A stretch of 32,000 bases of DNA from Nitratidesulfovibrio vulgaris str. Hildenborough (GTDB taxonomy: Bacteria > Desulfobacterota > Desulfovibrionia > Desulfovibrionales > Desulfovibrionaceae): assembly GCF_000195755.1 (NCBI RefSeq), contig NC_002937.3, positions 1,890,001 to 1,922,000 on the forward strand. The letters are read 5' to 3'. Both the position numbers and the translations under genes were made by a program. Below are positions 16,976-26,842 of this stretch, one piece after another. Each line of letters opens with the position of its first letter. The first letter of the stretch is position 1. The notes beneath the pieces were generated by a model. That model had not been told where the DNA came from. It searched no databases and saw nothing but the letters and a program-made list of their open reading frames with translations.

Positions 16976-18127
16976 ATGAAAACCTATCTCGTGGGCGGCG
17001 CAGTTCGCGACATTCTGATCGGGCGGACACCCCGTGAACACGACATCGCCTTCGAGGCATCCGTGGCGCATTTCTTACAGGCGAATCCTTCCGCCCGCAA
17101 GGTGGGCAAACGTATCGACGTCTACCTGATAGGGAATGTCGAGCATCGCCCGGTGCAGGGGGGCGACATCCGCGCCGACCTGCTACAACGCGATTTCACC
17201 ATCAATGCACTGGCACTCGAGGCTGACGGAACACTCCATGCCCACCCTGATGCACTCGCCGACCTGAGGGCTAGCATCATACGGCCCGCCTCGCCGGGGG
17301 CCCTCATGGCCGACCCCGTAAGAGTGTTGAGGGCGGCGAGGTTCGCTGCACAACTGCCGGAAATGTCCCTTGCACAGGAGACGCTGGAGGCCATGCGCGC
17401 CGTCGCGGCAGCAGGGTACCTCGCGGAGATGCCATGTGAACAGGTGTGCCGCGAGACGTTGAAGGCCCTTGGCAGCCCTGCACCGGAGCGTTTTTTCATA
17501 TCGCTGGCAAAGGGTGGATGCCTTCAACCGTGGTTCGCTGAAGTCGCAGACCTTACAGGGGTGCCAGCCGGGCCGCCAGCCTACCATACGGGAAGCGCGT
17601 TCGACCATACGATTGACATCATGCGTCGCCTCGCGGGAGACGCCTTCGATGTATGGCTTGGCCTTTGCCACGACCTCGGCAAGGGAACGACACCGGCAGA
17701 CATTCTTCCGAGACATCTCGGCCATGAACATCGTGGCGAGGAAGCCGCCACGGCCCTCGGGCAGCGACTTGGCATGAGCAACCGCTTCATCCGCGGCGGC
17801 GCACTGGCAGCCCGGATGCATATGAAGGCCGGGCGCTACGACACCCTGCGCCCGCACACGCGGGTCGACCTCCTGCTGGTCTTGCACCATGCCGGAATCA
17901 TCAGGAACGTCTGGAATCTGGTCACGGCAGACAGCGGAATCGACCATACGGCCACCGCCATGGCGGAACTTGAAACGATACTTGCCGTGAAACTCCCGCC
18001 GTCCCTGCGGGGCAAGGGGCCAGAGTCCGGCAGGATGCTTCGCGAGATGCAGTGCATGGCCCTTGCCGCACGAAGGACAGAACCGGATGGGGCCTCAGGA
18101 GAAAGGTGCCCCGGAGGCCCGGCATAG
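16976..18127 (+). CDS. cca: CCA tRNA nucleotidyltransferase / poly(A) polymerase family protein with HD domain
   Basis: 383-aa ORF. MKTYLVGGAVRDILIG matches the N-terminus of class II nucleotidyltransferases (E. coli Cca begins MKIYLVGGAVRD). It also has RDFTINAL and the HD-domain motif CHDLGK. Confidence 0.85.
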   Translation: MKTYLVGGAVRDILIGRTPREHDIAFEASVAHFLQANPSARKVGKRIDVYLIGNVEHRPVQGGDIRADLLQRDFTINALALEADGTLHAHPDALADLRASIIRPASPGALMADPVRVLRAARFAAQLPEMSLAQETLEAMRAVAAAGYLAEMPCEQVCRETLKALGSPAPERFFISLAKGGCLQPWFAEVADLTGVPAGPPAYHTGSAFDHTIDIMRRLAGDAFDVWLGLCHDLGKGTTPADILPRHLGHEHRGEEAATALGQRLGMSNRFIRGGALAARMHMKAGRYDTLRPHTRVDLLLVLHHAGIIRNVWNLVTADSGIDHTATAMAELETILAVKLPPSLRGKGPESGRMLREMQCMALAARRTEPDGASGERCPGGPA

Positions 18128-18175
18128 CAGGGCCTTTTCCTCCAGTCGACCGGCGCAAAGGGTCACAGCATACAA

Positions 18176-18204
18176 CGCAAAAAGCCCCGGATTCCTCCGG
18201 GGCT
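18176..18204 (-). terminator. rho-independent terminator after bamD
   Basis: 9-bp stem AGCCCCGGA / TCCGGGGCT (18183-18191, 18196-18204) with a 4-nt loop. On the minus strand it is followed by TTTTTGCG. Confidence 0.75.
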
Positions 18205-18227
18205 CATGGCAGTATTCGTCGGGCCGG

Positions 18228-18959
18228 CTACAGCCACTTGAACCATTGCTTCCACGATCCTTCGCGGGCTTCGCGAATATTCTCGGACTGTGCTTCGCGA
18301 TGGCGCAGATAGGCCACGTTCGCCTTCTCGGTGGCGTACTCCACAGCGTGGGGGACATCCTTGAAGTTGTCTCGCACGAAGGAGTAACGCTGCCATGCGG
18401 CTCCATATTTTCCGGTGCGCCAGTACACGTCGGCGATGAAGAGTTCGCGTTCGGCCAGCAGACGGCGGCATTCCTTCATATGCTCTTCGGCCTTGGCCGC
18501 ATACTCGGTGCCGGGGTACGATTCACGCAGCCGCTGGAAGTACTGGTAGGCCTCCTGAACATTGTTCACGGGCCTGTCGACCGAGATGAAGCTCTTCAGA
18601 CGTGCCATGCCCACCTGGTACAGGACATATGGGATGGCCTGATGACGGGGATGCAGCGTCTCGAACTCCTTGTACGCCTCGGCAGCAGCCGGATATTCCT
18701 CGTCGAGGAAGTAGGCGTCCGCAAGGGAGAGTTCAGCTTCTATGGTGTAGGGGCTGAAGGGATAGTTGTCCTTGAGTCTGGTATAGGCCTGCGCGGCGGC
18801 GACGTAGTCCTTCTCACGCATGGCGTCGTTACCAGACTCGTAGAGTTCCTGCGCCGTGTCCTCTGGGGGGGGCAGGTAGAAATAGTCGATAATACCGCAA
18901 CCGGACAACATGAAGGTGAGAGCCGCCATGCAGGCTGCGCGAAGGAGTGTCTTACGCAT
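18228..18959 (-). CDS. bamD: outer membrane protein assembly factor BamD (ComL/YfiO lipoprotein)
   Basis: Start reassigned to ATG 18959, giving the lipoprotein signal [21 protein letters not shown]. The protein is TPR-like repeats throughout ([27 protein letters not shown]...). Confidence 0.85.
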
Positions 18960-19875
18960 CGAGCTGTTCCAGATAGACGAATGCGGCGTTGGCCGCCGTT
19001 GCGCCGTCACCCACGGCGGTGGTCACCTGACGGCACATCTTTGACCTGATGTCGCCTGCGGCGAAGATGCCGGGCAGGTTGGTTCGCATTTCGCCATCAG
19101 TGATGACGAAGCCCTGCTCGTCCCGCTCGATACCGCCGGGCAGAAAACCGCCGACAGGCTCGAACCCAATGAAGATGAACAGACCATCGAGTTCGAGGAA
19201 CGATGTCTCGCCGGTCTTCACATTGCGCACCGTCACGCCCGTGAGCCTGTCATCGCCATGAATGGCCTCGACGACAGAACTCCTCACCACATCGATGTCG
19301 GGCATGATGCACACCTTGTCCTGATAGCACTTGGCGGCCCGGAAGTCGTCGCGGCGGTGGATGAGGTGCAACTTCTTGACAAGCTTGGAAAGATACAGCG
19401 ACTCTTCGAGGGCCGAGTTCCCTCCGCCTACCACGCCCACGACCTGCCCGCGAAAGAAGTTGCCATCGCAAAGGGCGCAGTAAGAAACACCCTTTCCGGT
19501 CAACCGCTCCTCGTCAGGCAAGCCAAGGCGCTTGTACCGCGCTCCGGAGCACAGTATGAGCGTGCGGCCCGAAATCCAGTCATCCCCTACCCGCACCCTG
19601 TTGTCTGCGGGGGCGGGGACGATTTCCCTGACCTCGTCATTGAAACGGGTAATGGCATAGCCTTCGAGATGAGCCGCAAAGAGGTCTGCAAGCTCCCAGC
19701 CCTGAATCCCTTTCGGGAAACCGGGGTAGTTCTCGATTTCGGAGGTCATGAGCACCTGGCCACCGGGCGAAAGCCTTTCGACCATGGCCACGGAAACGCC
19801 CGACCTCGCAAGATACAGGGCGGCCGTCATGCCTGCGGGGCCGCCCCCAATGACGATGGCGTCGAACTGCTGCAT
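18952..19875 (-). CDS. trxB: thioredoxin-disulfide reductase
   Basis: 307-aa ORF with the FAD motif [15 protein letters not shown], the redox-active pair CALCDG, the NADPH motif [11 protein letters not shown], and AAGD. Confidence 0.93.
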
Positions 19876-20198
19876 TACCCGAGTGCCTTCTGGGCGATCA
19901 TATCCTTGATGCTGCTCTTGGAAACGGCCCCGGTCACCTGTTCCACCACTTCACCATTCTTGAAGAGGATGAGCGTGGGAATGGCGCGGATGCCGTACTT
20001 GCTGGGAGTGGCGGGATTGTCGTCGACGTTCATTTTCACGATGAGCACCTTGCCCTCGTATTCGGCGGCAAGTTCATCGATGACGGGCCCCATGGCACGG
20101 CACGGCCCACACCAGGGAGCCCAGAAGTCGATCAGCACGGGAATGGCGGACTTGAGAACAGAGGCTTCGAAAGTGGCATCGGTGATCTGAGCAGCCAT
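19875..20198 (-). CDS. trxA: thioredoxin
   Basis: 107-aa ORF with the WAPWCGPCR active site and an AAGGAG RBS. Its stop overlaps the trxB start by 1 nt (TAATG). Confidence 0.95.
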   Translation of the reverse strand: MAAQITDATFEASVLKSAIPVLIDFWAPWCGPCRAMGPVIDELAAEYEGKVLIVKMNVDDNPATPSKYGIRAIPTLILFKNGEVVEQVTGAVSKSSIKDMIAQKALG

Positions 20199-20310
20199 GG
20201 TGAGCTCCTTGAGTCTAGGTGTGACACCGGAAACCGGCTTGGATGGACGGTAGCCTGCACCGCCCCGATTCTCGGCAACTTTAGAGAGATATTAGCGGTG
20301 CCCTGCCGTG

Positions 20311-21396
20311 TCAAGAGCACCCGGCAGGTCCCTGACGGTAGTCATCAGGGATGGCACGCCCGCGGGGTACGGCCTCAAGGTCGAGGCTGTGCGAAAGCCC
20401 CCCCTGACGTAACAGCCACCCCGCATACGCGATCATCGACCCGTTGTCGGTGCAAAGTGGTGGAGACGGGACGATAAGCTCAAGCCCCCGGGATACAGCC
20501 AAGCGGGCCGTGTGCTCTCGCACATAGCTGTTGGCGGCGACGCCTCCGGCGACGATGAGCGCCCGCACCCCCACTCCGTCGTCGCCATCAAGGGCACGCC
20601 CCAGCTTGATGCATAACGTCTCTGCCACCGCCTCGTTGAATGAGGCGCACATGTTCCGCAGCCCTTCAGGTGCATCATGTCCTCCGGCGACGGCTTGAGC
20701 GGCATCGGGGGATGGTACAAGCTCCGGGTGGCGCGACAAGTGGGTCTGCACAGCGGTCTTGAGCCCGCTGAAACTGAAATCGAGGTTGTCATTGTCCGTA
20801 TACGGACGAGGAAACAGGCGTGGGTCAGCTATGCCACGACGTCCCTGCTGGTCGAGAATACGCCCCCCAGGATAGGGAAGACGCAACATCTTCGCAACCT
20901 TGTCGTAGGCCTCCCCAGCGGCATCATCGAGCGTCCGCCCCAGCAGACGGAACGAGACCGGCGACTCGATGCGATAGATATGCGTATGCCCCCCGGAAAC
21001 AAGCAATCCGAGGGCAGGGAACACCAGTTCGCGTTCCAGCCCCGCGGCAAGGAGGTGCGCATGGAGATGGTTCACGCCCACGAGCGGAATATCGAACCCG
21101 AGTGCGAGCCCCTTGGCGAAGGCCATCCCCACGAGCAGGCTGCCCAGCAGCCCCGGGCCACGGGCCACCGCAACCGCGTCGAGTTCAGTAGGCCCGACGC
21201 CCGCTTCCCGAAGAAGCAGGTCGTACAAGGGGCCTATGAGCCTGTAGTGCTCGCGCGACGCGATCTCTGGCACGACACCACCGAACAGCGCATGGATGTC
21301 TGCCTGACTGGACATGACGGCATGCACAAGCCTGCCGTCACGTACAAGCGCAAGGCCCGTCTCATCGCACGAGGTCTCTATTCCGATACAGAGCAT
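20311..21396 (-). CDS. tsaD: tRNA N6-adenosine threonylcarbamoyltransferase TsaD (Gcp/Kae1 family)
   Basis: 361-aa ORF: [18 protein letters not shown]..., [15 protein letters not shown]. Confidence 0.93.
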   Translation of the reverse strand: MLCIGIETSCDETGLALVRDGRLVHAVMSSQADIHALFGGVVPEIASREHYRLIGPLYDLLLREAGVGPTELDAVAVARGPGLLGSLLVGMAFAKGLALGFDIPLVGVNHLHAHLLAAGLERELVFPALGLLVSGGHTHIYRIESPVSFRLLGRTLDDAAGEAYDKVAKMLRLPYPGGRILDQQGRRGIADPRLFPRPYTDNDNLDFSFSGLKTAVQTHLSRHPELVPSPDAAQAVAGGHDAPEGLRNMCASFNEAVAETLCIKLGRALDGDDGVGVRALIVAGGVAANSYVREHTARLAVSRGLELIVPSPPLCTDNGSMIAYAGWLLRQGGLSHSLDLEAVPRGRAIPDDYRQGPAGCS

Positions 21397-21437
21397 AGTT
21401 TACCGTAACCGCGAAGGTAGCTCCCTGAGCGGTCTCC

Positions 21438-22451
21438 TCAGGCCCTGTGACGGGCGTAGATCTCTTCGACCTTGTCGACATCGCGGGCCGAACCGATGAA
21501 GAGCGGAATGCGCTCATGCAGCGTTCCGGGGCATACATCGAGAATACGCCGCGAACCGTCGATGGCGCGCCCCCCGGCCTGCTCAGCGAGAAATGCCAGC
21601 GGAGACGCCTCGCACATGAGGCGCAGCTTGCCCTGAGGCTTGTCGGGATGGCGATAGTCCATGGGGTACATGAAGATGCCGCCATAGAGCAGCGTACGGT
21701 GAAAGTCCGCCACGAGCGAGCCCACATAACGCAACGAATAGGGCTTGCCGCGTTCGTTGTGATCACCCTTGAAGTAGGAGACTATCTCTCTCGTAGGTTC
21801 GTCCCAGTAGTTCCAGTACGACTCGTTGATGGAGTAGATACGCCCTCTTTCGGGGATGCTCATGTCGGGATGCGACAGAAGGAACTCGCCCACGCTGGGG
21901 TCCAGCGTGAACCCGTGAACGCCCTGCCCGGTACTGAACACGAGCATGGTCGACGGCCCGTAGAGGATGTAGCCAGCGGCCACCTGCTCATAGCCGGGCT
22001 GCAGGACATCATCGATACACACGTCGTCCGAGGCAGGAGACTTGCGGCGCAGGATCGAGAAGATGGTGCCGACATTGATGTTGACGTCAATGTTGGAGGA
22101 ACCGTCCAGCGGGTCGAAGATGAGCACATAATCACCACGGTGCAGCTTCTCGGGCACCTTGATGATGTCAGCGTTCTCTTCGGAGGCCATGGCGCATACG
22201 GCACCGGAGCGCTCCATTCTGTAGATGAGCACACGGTTCGCGAACTCGTCGAGTTTCTGCACAAGTTCGCCTTGCACATTCACTTCGCCGGTGCCCCCAA
22301 GGACATCGAGCAATCCGGCCTTCGTCACACTGCGGGAGATGATCTTGGCGGAAAGGACGAGGTCGTTAAGCAGGGTCGTAAACTGGCCCGTAGCTGCAGG
22401 AGACTTTTTCTGATGCAGCAGAAGATGTTCGGTAACGGTAACTTCGGGCAT
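21438..22451 (-). CDS. fbp: class 1 fructose-1,6-bisphosphatase
   Basis: Start reassigned to ATG 22451 ([11 protein letters not shown]...). It has the FBPase class I motifs [10 protein letters not shown] and [21 protein letters not shown]. Confidence 0.92.
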
Positions 22452-22543
22452 GACTATGCTCCTTCTTGCGGCAATGCCGCCTGCAAAACACGAAACCGGA
22501 ACCCGCAACAGGAAAAGGCTGCGGGTTCCGGCACGAAAAGAAA

Positions 22544-23500
22544 CTATCGGACGGTCGATTCCTCGATGGGGGAACCGGGCAGTTCTGGAGCCGGCGAGAC
22601 CAGAAGGCTGGGGTCGTCCTCGCCAAGGGCGGGAGACGGTTCGACAGGTGCGGGGGTCTGCACCCGGCCCCCGGTACCGAGTTCACGTGCCTTGGCAAGC
22701 ACGGCGAGCTGTTCTGGCTTCTCGGGGAAGCTCCCTTCGACAGGCACTGCGAAGACCAGCGGGATATTGCCGATGTAGCGGGTAACCCAGAAGAACTCAC
22801 CCTGTGCGTTGGAGAGCGTTCCGAACGCGTCCTTCGCTACGAGCTTGGCCCAGTCGGCGTCATGCAGGGGGGTTGCGGTGATGTCGTACTTGCCCGGCCA
22901 CAGGATGCCGGAGGGCGCGGCGATGACGATATCGGCAGGCGCGGCGGAGTACGGCAGCAGCGCACGGACGTCGAAATGCACTGCGATGACGCCCTTGAAG
23001 TCCATACCAGCGTAAAGCGGGACGGCCACAACGATTTCTGGGCCAAGAGGCGTATCCACGATCACGCTACGCAACATGCGCATCTTCTGCTTGGGGTCGG
23101 CCTCGAGAACACCGGAGAAGTCGATATTCTTGATGTCGAACGAAGGCATACGGGCAAGCACTTCACCCGAGGCATCGATGGCGGCGGCACCTGCCATCCA
23201 CGGATAGGAACGAAGGAACGCCTCGACCCAACTACGGTCAGGGCGCCTGTCCGCGTTGTCGAGACCACGTTCCAGGGCGCGAAGCTGGAGGTCTATCCCG
23301 ACGAAGCCGTTGGCCAGACGAACCTCTTCTGGGGTCGAATAGCCTGCTTCACCGAAATCGACCTGGGCTGGCGGATTCAGGTATTCTCGATAATAGCGCT
23401 TGGTGTCCTTCCACATGGAATGGGAAGTCTGACCGCAACCGAAAGCGAAAGCCATCGATGCGGCAAGCATGACGCCGACCAGCCTGGAGTGTCGATACAC
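22544..23500 (-). CDS. lipoprotein with a PDC/Cache-like periplasmic domain and a Pro-rich tail; function unknown
   Basis: I favour the GTG start at 23500 (AGGAGA RBS 6 nt upstream), giving the signal [22 protein letters not shown] with a lipobox Cys. The body reads as an alpha/beta sensor-like fold by inspection, with no output domain. The ORF track's upper bound is 23533. Confidence 0.65.
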
Positions 23501-23545
23501 TAGATGTCTCCTGAAATGGGGTTGACGCACCACACGCGAAATGCC

Positions 23546-24499
23546 TCAGCTGTGCGCGCGCGTTTCAAGACGTTCGGCCAGCATCTCGAGCATGTGGAGG
23601 AGTTTGTGCTTGCCCTGTAGGGGGGCCTCTTCGACGGCTGCCGGGGCTTCATCTGCCACGACTGTCGATGTGGCACCAGAACGCAATTCATCGATGCGCA
23701 ACTGGATGGCCGCCCGACTTTCCGGCGAATCGGCAGAAGCTAGAAGTTCCTGATAGATGTCAAGGGCACCCTGGGTGTCGCCCTGTTCGGCAAGGACTTC
23801 AGCCATGGAACGCGTACGAAGGGAGAAGGGCTCGTCCTCTTCCTCGGCCTCGGCTTGCAGAAGGCCCGGGCTTGGTATCGAACCCGATGCCCCTTCACCG
23901 GGAAGTCCGTCATCCGACGCTCCCCTGTCACCTATCAGCGTCCGCAGCGCGGTATCGTCGAGGGATACGAAGGGAGAAGCCGAGGGAGTCTCATCCGCCA
24001 TCGCGCCAGAGTCGGCAGGTTCATCCGCCACAGGCTCTTTCCGCCTCGGGGAGTCTTCAGCCCTTACGGTCTGGGCCGCAGTGGCGGGCAAGCCTGTCAG
24101 CGATGAAAGCCCAGCCTCCATCACGGACGCAAAAGAAAGGCCAGGAGACGACTCGCTGGCGGCGATGAAGCGCAGGGCCACGGAGACATCCCGCCCGCCC
24201 TTGCCGGATGCGGTGCAGGCACTCCATGCGTCCCAGAAGCGGGGATAGGAGGAAAGCACACGCGAGAGGGAATAGACTTCCGTATCCCTGTCCAGATTCT
24301 GCCCGAGCGTGTGCAGCAGTTCGATGAGAAGCAGACGGGCTTCGAAAAACTCCGGATGCCTTTCAAGACCGGTACGGAGCGTCTTCACCGCATCGGCGGG
24401 CTGTCCGTTCTCGGCAAGAAGTCGAGCGAGAGGAAAGAACACCTTGGAGCTGGGCTCAAGCTCAAGGACCTCCTGATACCACTCAATTTTTGCCTTCAT
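23546..24499 (-). CDS. TPR-like repeat protein with an acidic low-complexity linker; function unknown
   Basis: Start reassigned to ATG 24499 (AGGAG RBS, MKAKIEWYQEVLELEP...). It has N-terminal TPR-like helices, a D/E/S/P-rich middle, and a C-terminal motif MAEVLAEQGDTQGALDIYQELLA that resembles FimV C-terminal-type TPR. It overlaps the ftsB 3' end by 17 nt. Confidence 0.7.
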   Translation of the reverse strand: MKAKIEWYQEVLELEPSSKVFFPLARLLAENGQPADAVKTLRTGLERHPEFFEARLLLIELLHTLGQNLDRDTEVYSLSRVLSSYPRFWDAWSACTASGKGGRDVSVALRFIAASESSPGLSFASVMEAGLSSLTGLPATAAQTVRAEDSPRRKEPVADEPADSGAMADETPSASPFVSLDDTALRTLIGDRGASDDGLPGEGASGSIPSPGLLQAEAEEEDEPFSLRTRSMAEVLAEQGDTQGALDIYQELLASADSPESRAAIQLRIDELRSGATSTVVADEAPAAVEEAPLQGKHKLLHMLEMLAERLETRAHS

Positions 24500-24812
24500 C
24501 GGATCCGACTCCTGACCGTGCTTCCGGAGCATCAGGGAAGAGGTAGACAATTTCGTTGTCGCGCACGAAGTTCAGACGCTTTCGAATCATCTTTTCAACA
24601 TACCGGTCGTCGGACTGCAACAGCCGTATTTCTCGACTGAGAGACAGATTGACGGCATCTGCCTTTTTCACGGCATCCTCAAGGGCAAGATGCTGCGCCT
24701 TGAGTTCCCTGTATGCAACGATCCCCTGCTCGCTGAACAGCAACCGGCCAAGAAGTATCGCGTTCAAGCCCAGCGCCAGCCCGAGGAACAAAAGCCGTGG
24801 GAAGACCTTCAC
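24483..24812 (-). CDS. ftsB: cell division protein FtsB/DivIC (septum formation initiator)
   Basis: 109-aa ORF with an N-terminal TM helix (LLFLGLALGLNAILLGRLLF), a coiled coil, and the motif ...DDRYVEKMIRKRLNFVRDNEIVY typical of the FtsB family. Its GTG start overlaps the upstream stop (GTGA). Confidence 0.85.
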   Translation of the reverse strand: MKVFPRLLFLGLALGLNAILLGRLLFSEQGIVAYRELKAQHLALEDAVKKADAVNLSLSREIRLLQSDDRYVEKMIRKRLNFVRDNEIVYLFPDAPEARSGVGSDEGKN

Positions 24813-25081
24813 TGCAACAGCCTGCCTCGTCCGGTTCGCTGCTGCATTGTCGCCATGGACCCACGGAGTTCTTCGAGAAAATGTGTCGTTGCACGCTCGA
24901 TGCGCCGCACGTCATCCTCGGCCAACAGCATATCCTCAAGGCGCTCCATGAATGCCTTGAGCATCGTGAACTCGCGCATGAGGCTGCGGCTGGCGTCGTA
25001 GCGCCCGATGTCGGGCTCAAGGTCGAGAATGGTCTGCAGGCAATTCTTGAGCCTGCTGTGCAGTTCGCCGTCATTCCGCAT
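24809..25081 (-). CDS. hypothetical 90-aa helical protein, translationally coupled to ftsB
   Basis: ATG at 25081. The composition looks coding, with no signal peptide and predicted helices (LMREFTMLKAFMERLEDMLLAEDDVRRIERATTHFLEELRG). No family recognised. Confidence 0.55.
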   Translation of the reverse strand: MRNDGELHSRLKNCLQTILDLEPDIGRYDASRSLMREFTMLKAFMERLEDMLLAEDDVRRIERATTHFLEELRGSMATMQQRTGRGRLLQ

Positions 25082-25110
25082 AAAATCTTCCGTGCACGGA
25101 GGAGGACCAC

Positions 25111-25668
25111 CTAGCCTGCTGCCGCGTCCTTGTCGAGCCAGTTCCTGTAGAAACCATTAAGGTAGTTGAACCCTGAAAATACAGTCAAAACCAAAGCCAT
25201 GTAAAGCACAAACTGGCCCAGGGGTTGAGGGTCGAAGCCGAACCACGGGTAGTGCAGCATGAGGGGGACGAGCGCCACCATCTGAAGCACCGTCTTGATC
25301 TTTCCGTACTTGTCTGCTGCGATGACGATACCCTCGTCTGCCGCCATGGCGCGCAATCCGGTGACCATCAGTTCACGGCAGATGATGATGATGGAGACCC
25401 ACGCAGGTATCCAGTTCAACTCCACCAGCATGACGAGAATCGAGCAGATGAGAAGCTTGTCTGCCAGCGGGTCGAGAAACTTCCCGAAGCTCGTCACCAT
25501 GTTCTCCTTGCGGGCTATATGCCCGTCGAGGAGGTCAGTGAGCGAGGCGATGATGAAGAACACCACGGCCAGAAGACAGGTGATACGTCCCGGAAAATAC
25601 AGAAGGACGATGATGAGCGGGACAAGAAGCACCCGGGCCATCGTGATGCGATTGGCTAGATTGAACAT
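25111..25668 (-). CDS. pgsA: CDP-diacylglycerol--glycerol-3-phosphate 3-phosphatidyltransferase
   Basis: 185-aa ORF with the CDP-alcohol phosphatidyltransferase motif DLLDGHIARK...GKFLDPLADK and multiple TM helices. Confidence 0.92.
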   Translation of the reverse strand: MFNLANRITMARVLLVPLIIVLLYFPGRITCLLAVVFFIIASLTDLLDGHIARKENMVTSFGKFLDPLADKLLICSILVMLVELNWIPAWVSIIIICRELMVTGLRAMAADEGIVIAADKYGKIKTVLQMVALVPLMLHYPWFGFDPQPLGQFVLYMALVLTVFSGFNYLNGFYRNWLDKDAAAG

Positions 25669-25786
25669 CGGACACCTGTCATGGCTGGTCGGTCATAAGG
25701 ATGTGCTACCGGTACCACACTTCGCCGGACGAGCAAAGCCGCAAAAGGACGCGGCGGCGCCCGCAAGGGACACCGCCGCACTGGAA

Positions 25787-26680
25787 TCAGGCATGGCTGC
25801 TGGAAATAGCCTCGAGGCTGTTGCCGACAGCAGCGGCGATATTGTCGGCAAGGGCAAGAAAGCCCTGCTTCGCGTGCGAGTCACCCTCCAGTAGAACAAC
25901 CGGAACCCCCGTATCGGCAGCAACCACGGTCGCCGGGTCAAGCGGAATGGCTCCAAGGAACGGCAACGCGTACTTCTCTGCCAGTTCGCGCCCTCCCCCC
26001 TTCTTGAAGAGGTTGATCTCCTTGCCACAGTGGGGGCAGCACAGTCCGCTCATGTTCTCCACCACGCCCAGCACGTTGGCCTGCGCGTACTGGAGAAAGT
26101 TGATGGCCTTGCGGACGTCGGCCAGCGAAATCTCTTGCGGGGTCGTCACGACGACGCAAAGTGCATCGGGAATGGTCTTGAGCACGGTCATATGCTCGTC
26201 GCCGGTGCCGGGAGGGGAGTCGATGAGCAGGAAATCAAGATCCCCCCAGTTGACGTCGGCGACGAACTGCCTGATGGCAGCCGTCTTCTTGGGGCCACGC
26301 CACAGCACGGCGGTGTCACGATCACGGAGCAACGAGTCCATGGAGACGACATACAGGTTCTCGTTGCACTTCGCAGGGTTGATGAGCCCGCCCCGCTCAT
26401 CGGCCTCCAGCGTGGCATGAAGGCCGAGAAGGTTGGGCACGCTCGGGCCGTGGATGTCGACATCAAGGATGCCCACCTTGAAACCGCGAGCGGCAAGAGC
26501 CGCGGCAGTGTTCACGGTGACGGAGCTCTTGCCCACGCCACCCTTGCCGCTCATGATGAAAAGCTTGTATTTGATCCTTCCGAGCGTCGAGGAGATGAGC
26601 TGGTCCTGAATGGCGGTTGCGGCGTCCACGCCGCCCTCGCCGCCCTTGCGACCGGAAGAACACGAACTACAGGATGACAT
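25787..26680 (-). CDS. apbC: Mrp/ApbC/NBP35-family iron-sulfur cluster carrier ATPase
   Basis: Start reassigned to ATG 26680 (AAGGAG RBS). It has the deviant Walker A MSGKGGVGKS and the CPHCG cluster-binding motif, plus a Cys/Ser-rich N-terminus (MSSCSSCSSGRKGG). Confidence 0.88.
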   Translation of the reverse strand: MSSCSSCSSGRKGGEGGVDAATAIQDQLISSTLGRIKYKLFIMSGKGGVGKSSVTVNTAAALAARGFKVGILDVDIHGPSVPNLLGLHATLEADERGGLINPAKCNENLYVVSMDSLLRDRDTAVLWRGPKKTAAIRQFVADVNWGDLDFLLIDSPPGTGDEHMTVLKTIPDALCVVVTTPQEISLADVRKAINFLQYAQANVLGVVENMSGLCCPHCGKEINLFKKGGGRELAEKYALPFLGAIPLDPATVVAADTGVPVVLLEGDSHAKQGFLALADNIAAAVGNSLEAISSSHA

Positions 26681-26842
26681 GCGAAACTCCTTGAAGGGAT
26701 TGGCGCGTTGCCCGTAAAAACGCACCGGGCGTGCCTGCGCGTAAGGTAATGAAAAACACGGCAGCGTCAAGCCAGAGCATGCCAGGGCAGGTCTCGAGAC
26801 CAAGATGTTCCCGCGAAGCCACCCCATGTACGCCGTGCGCTC

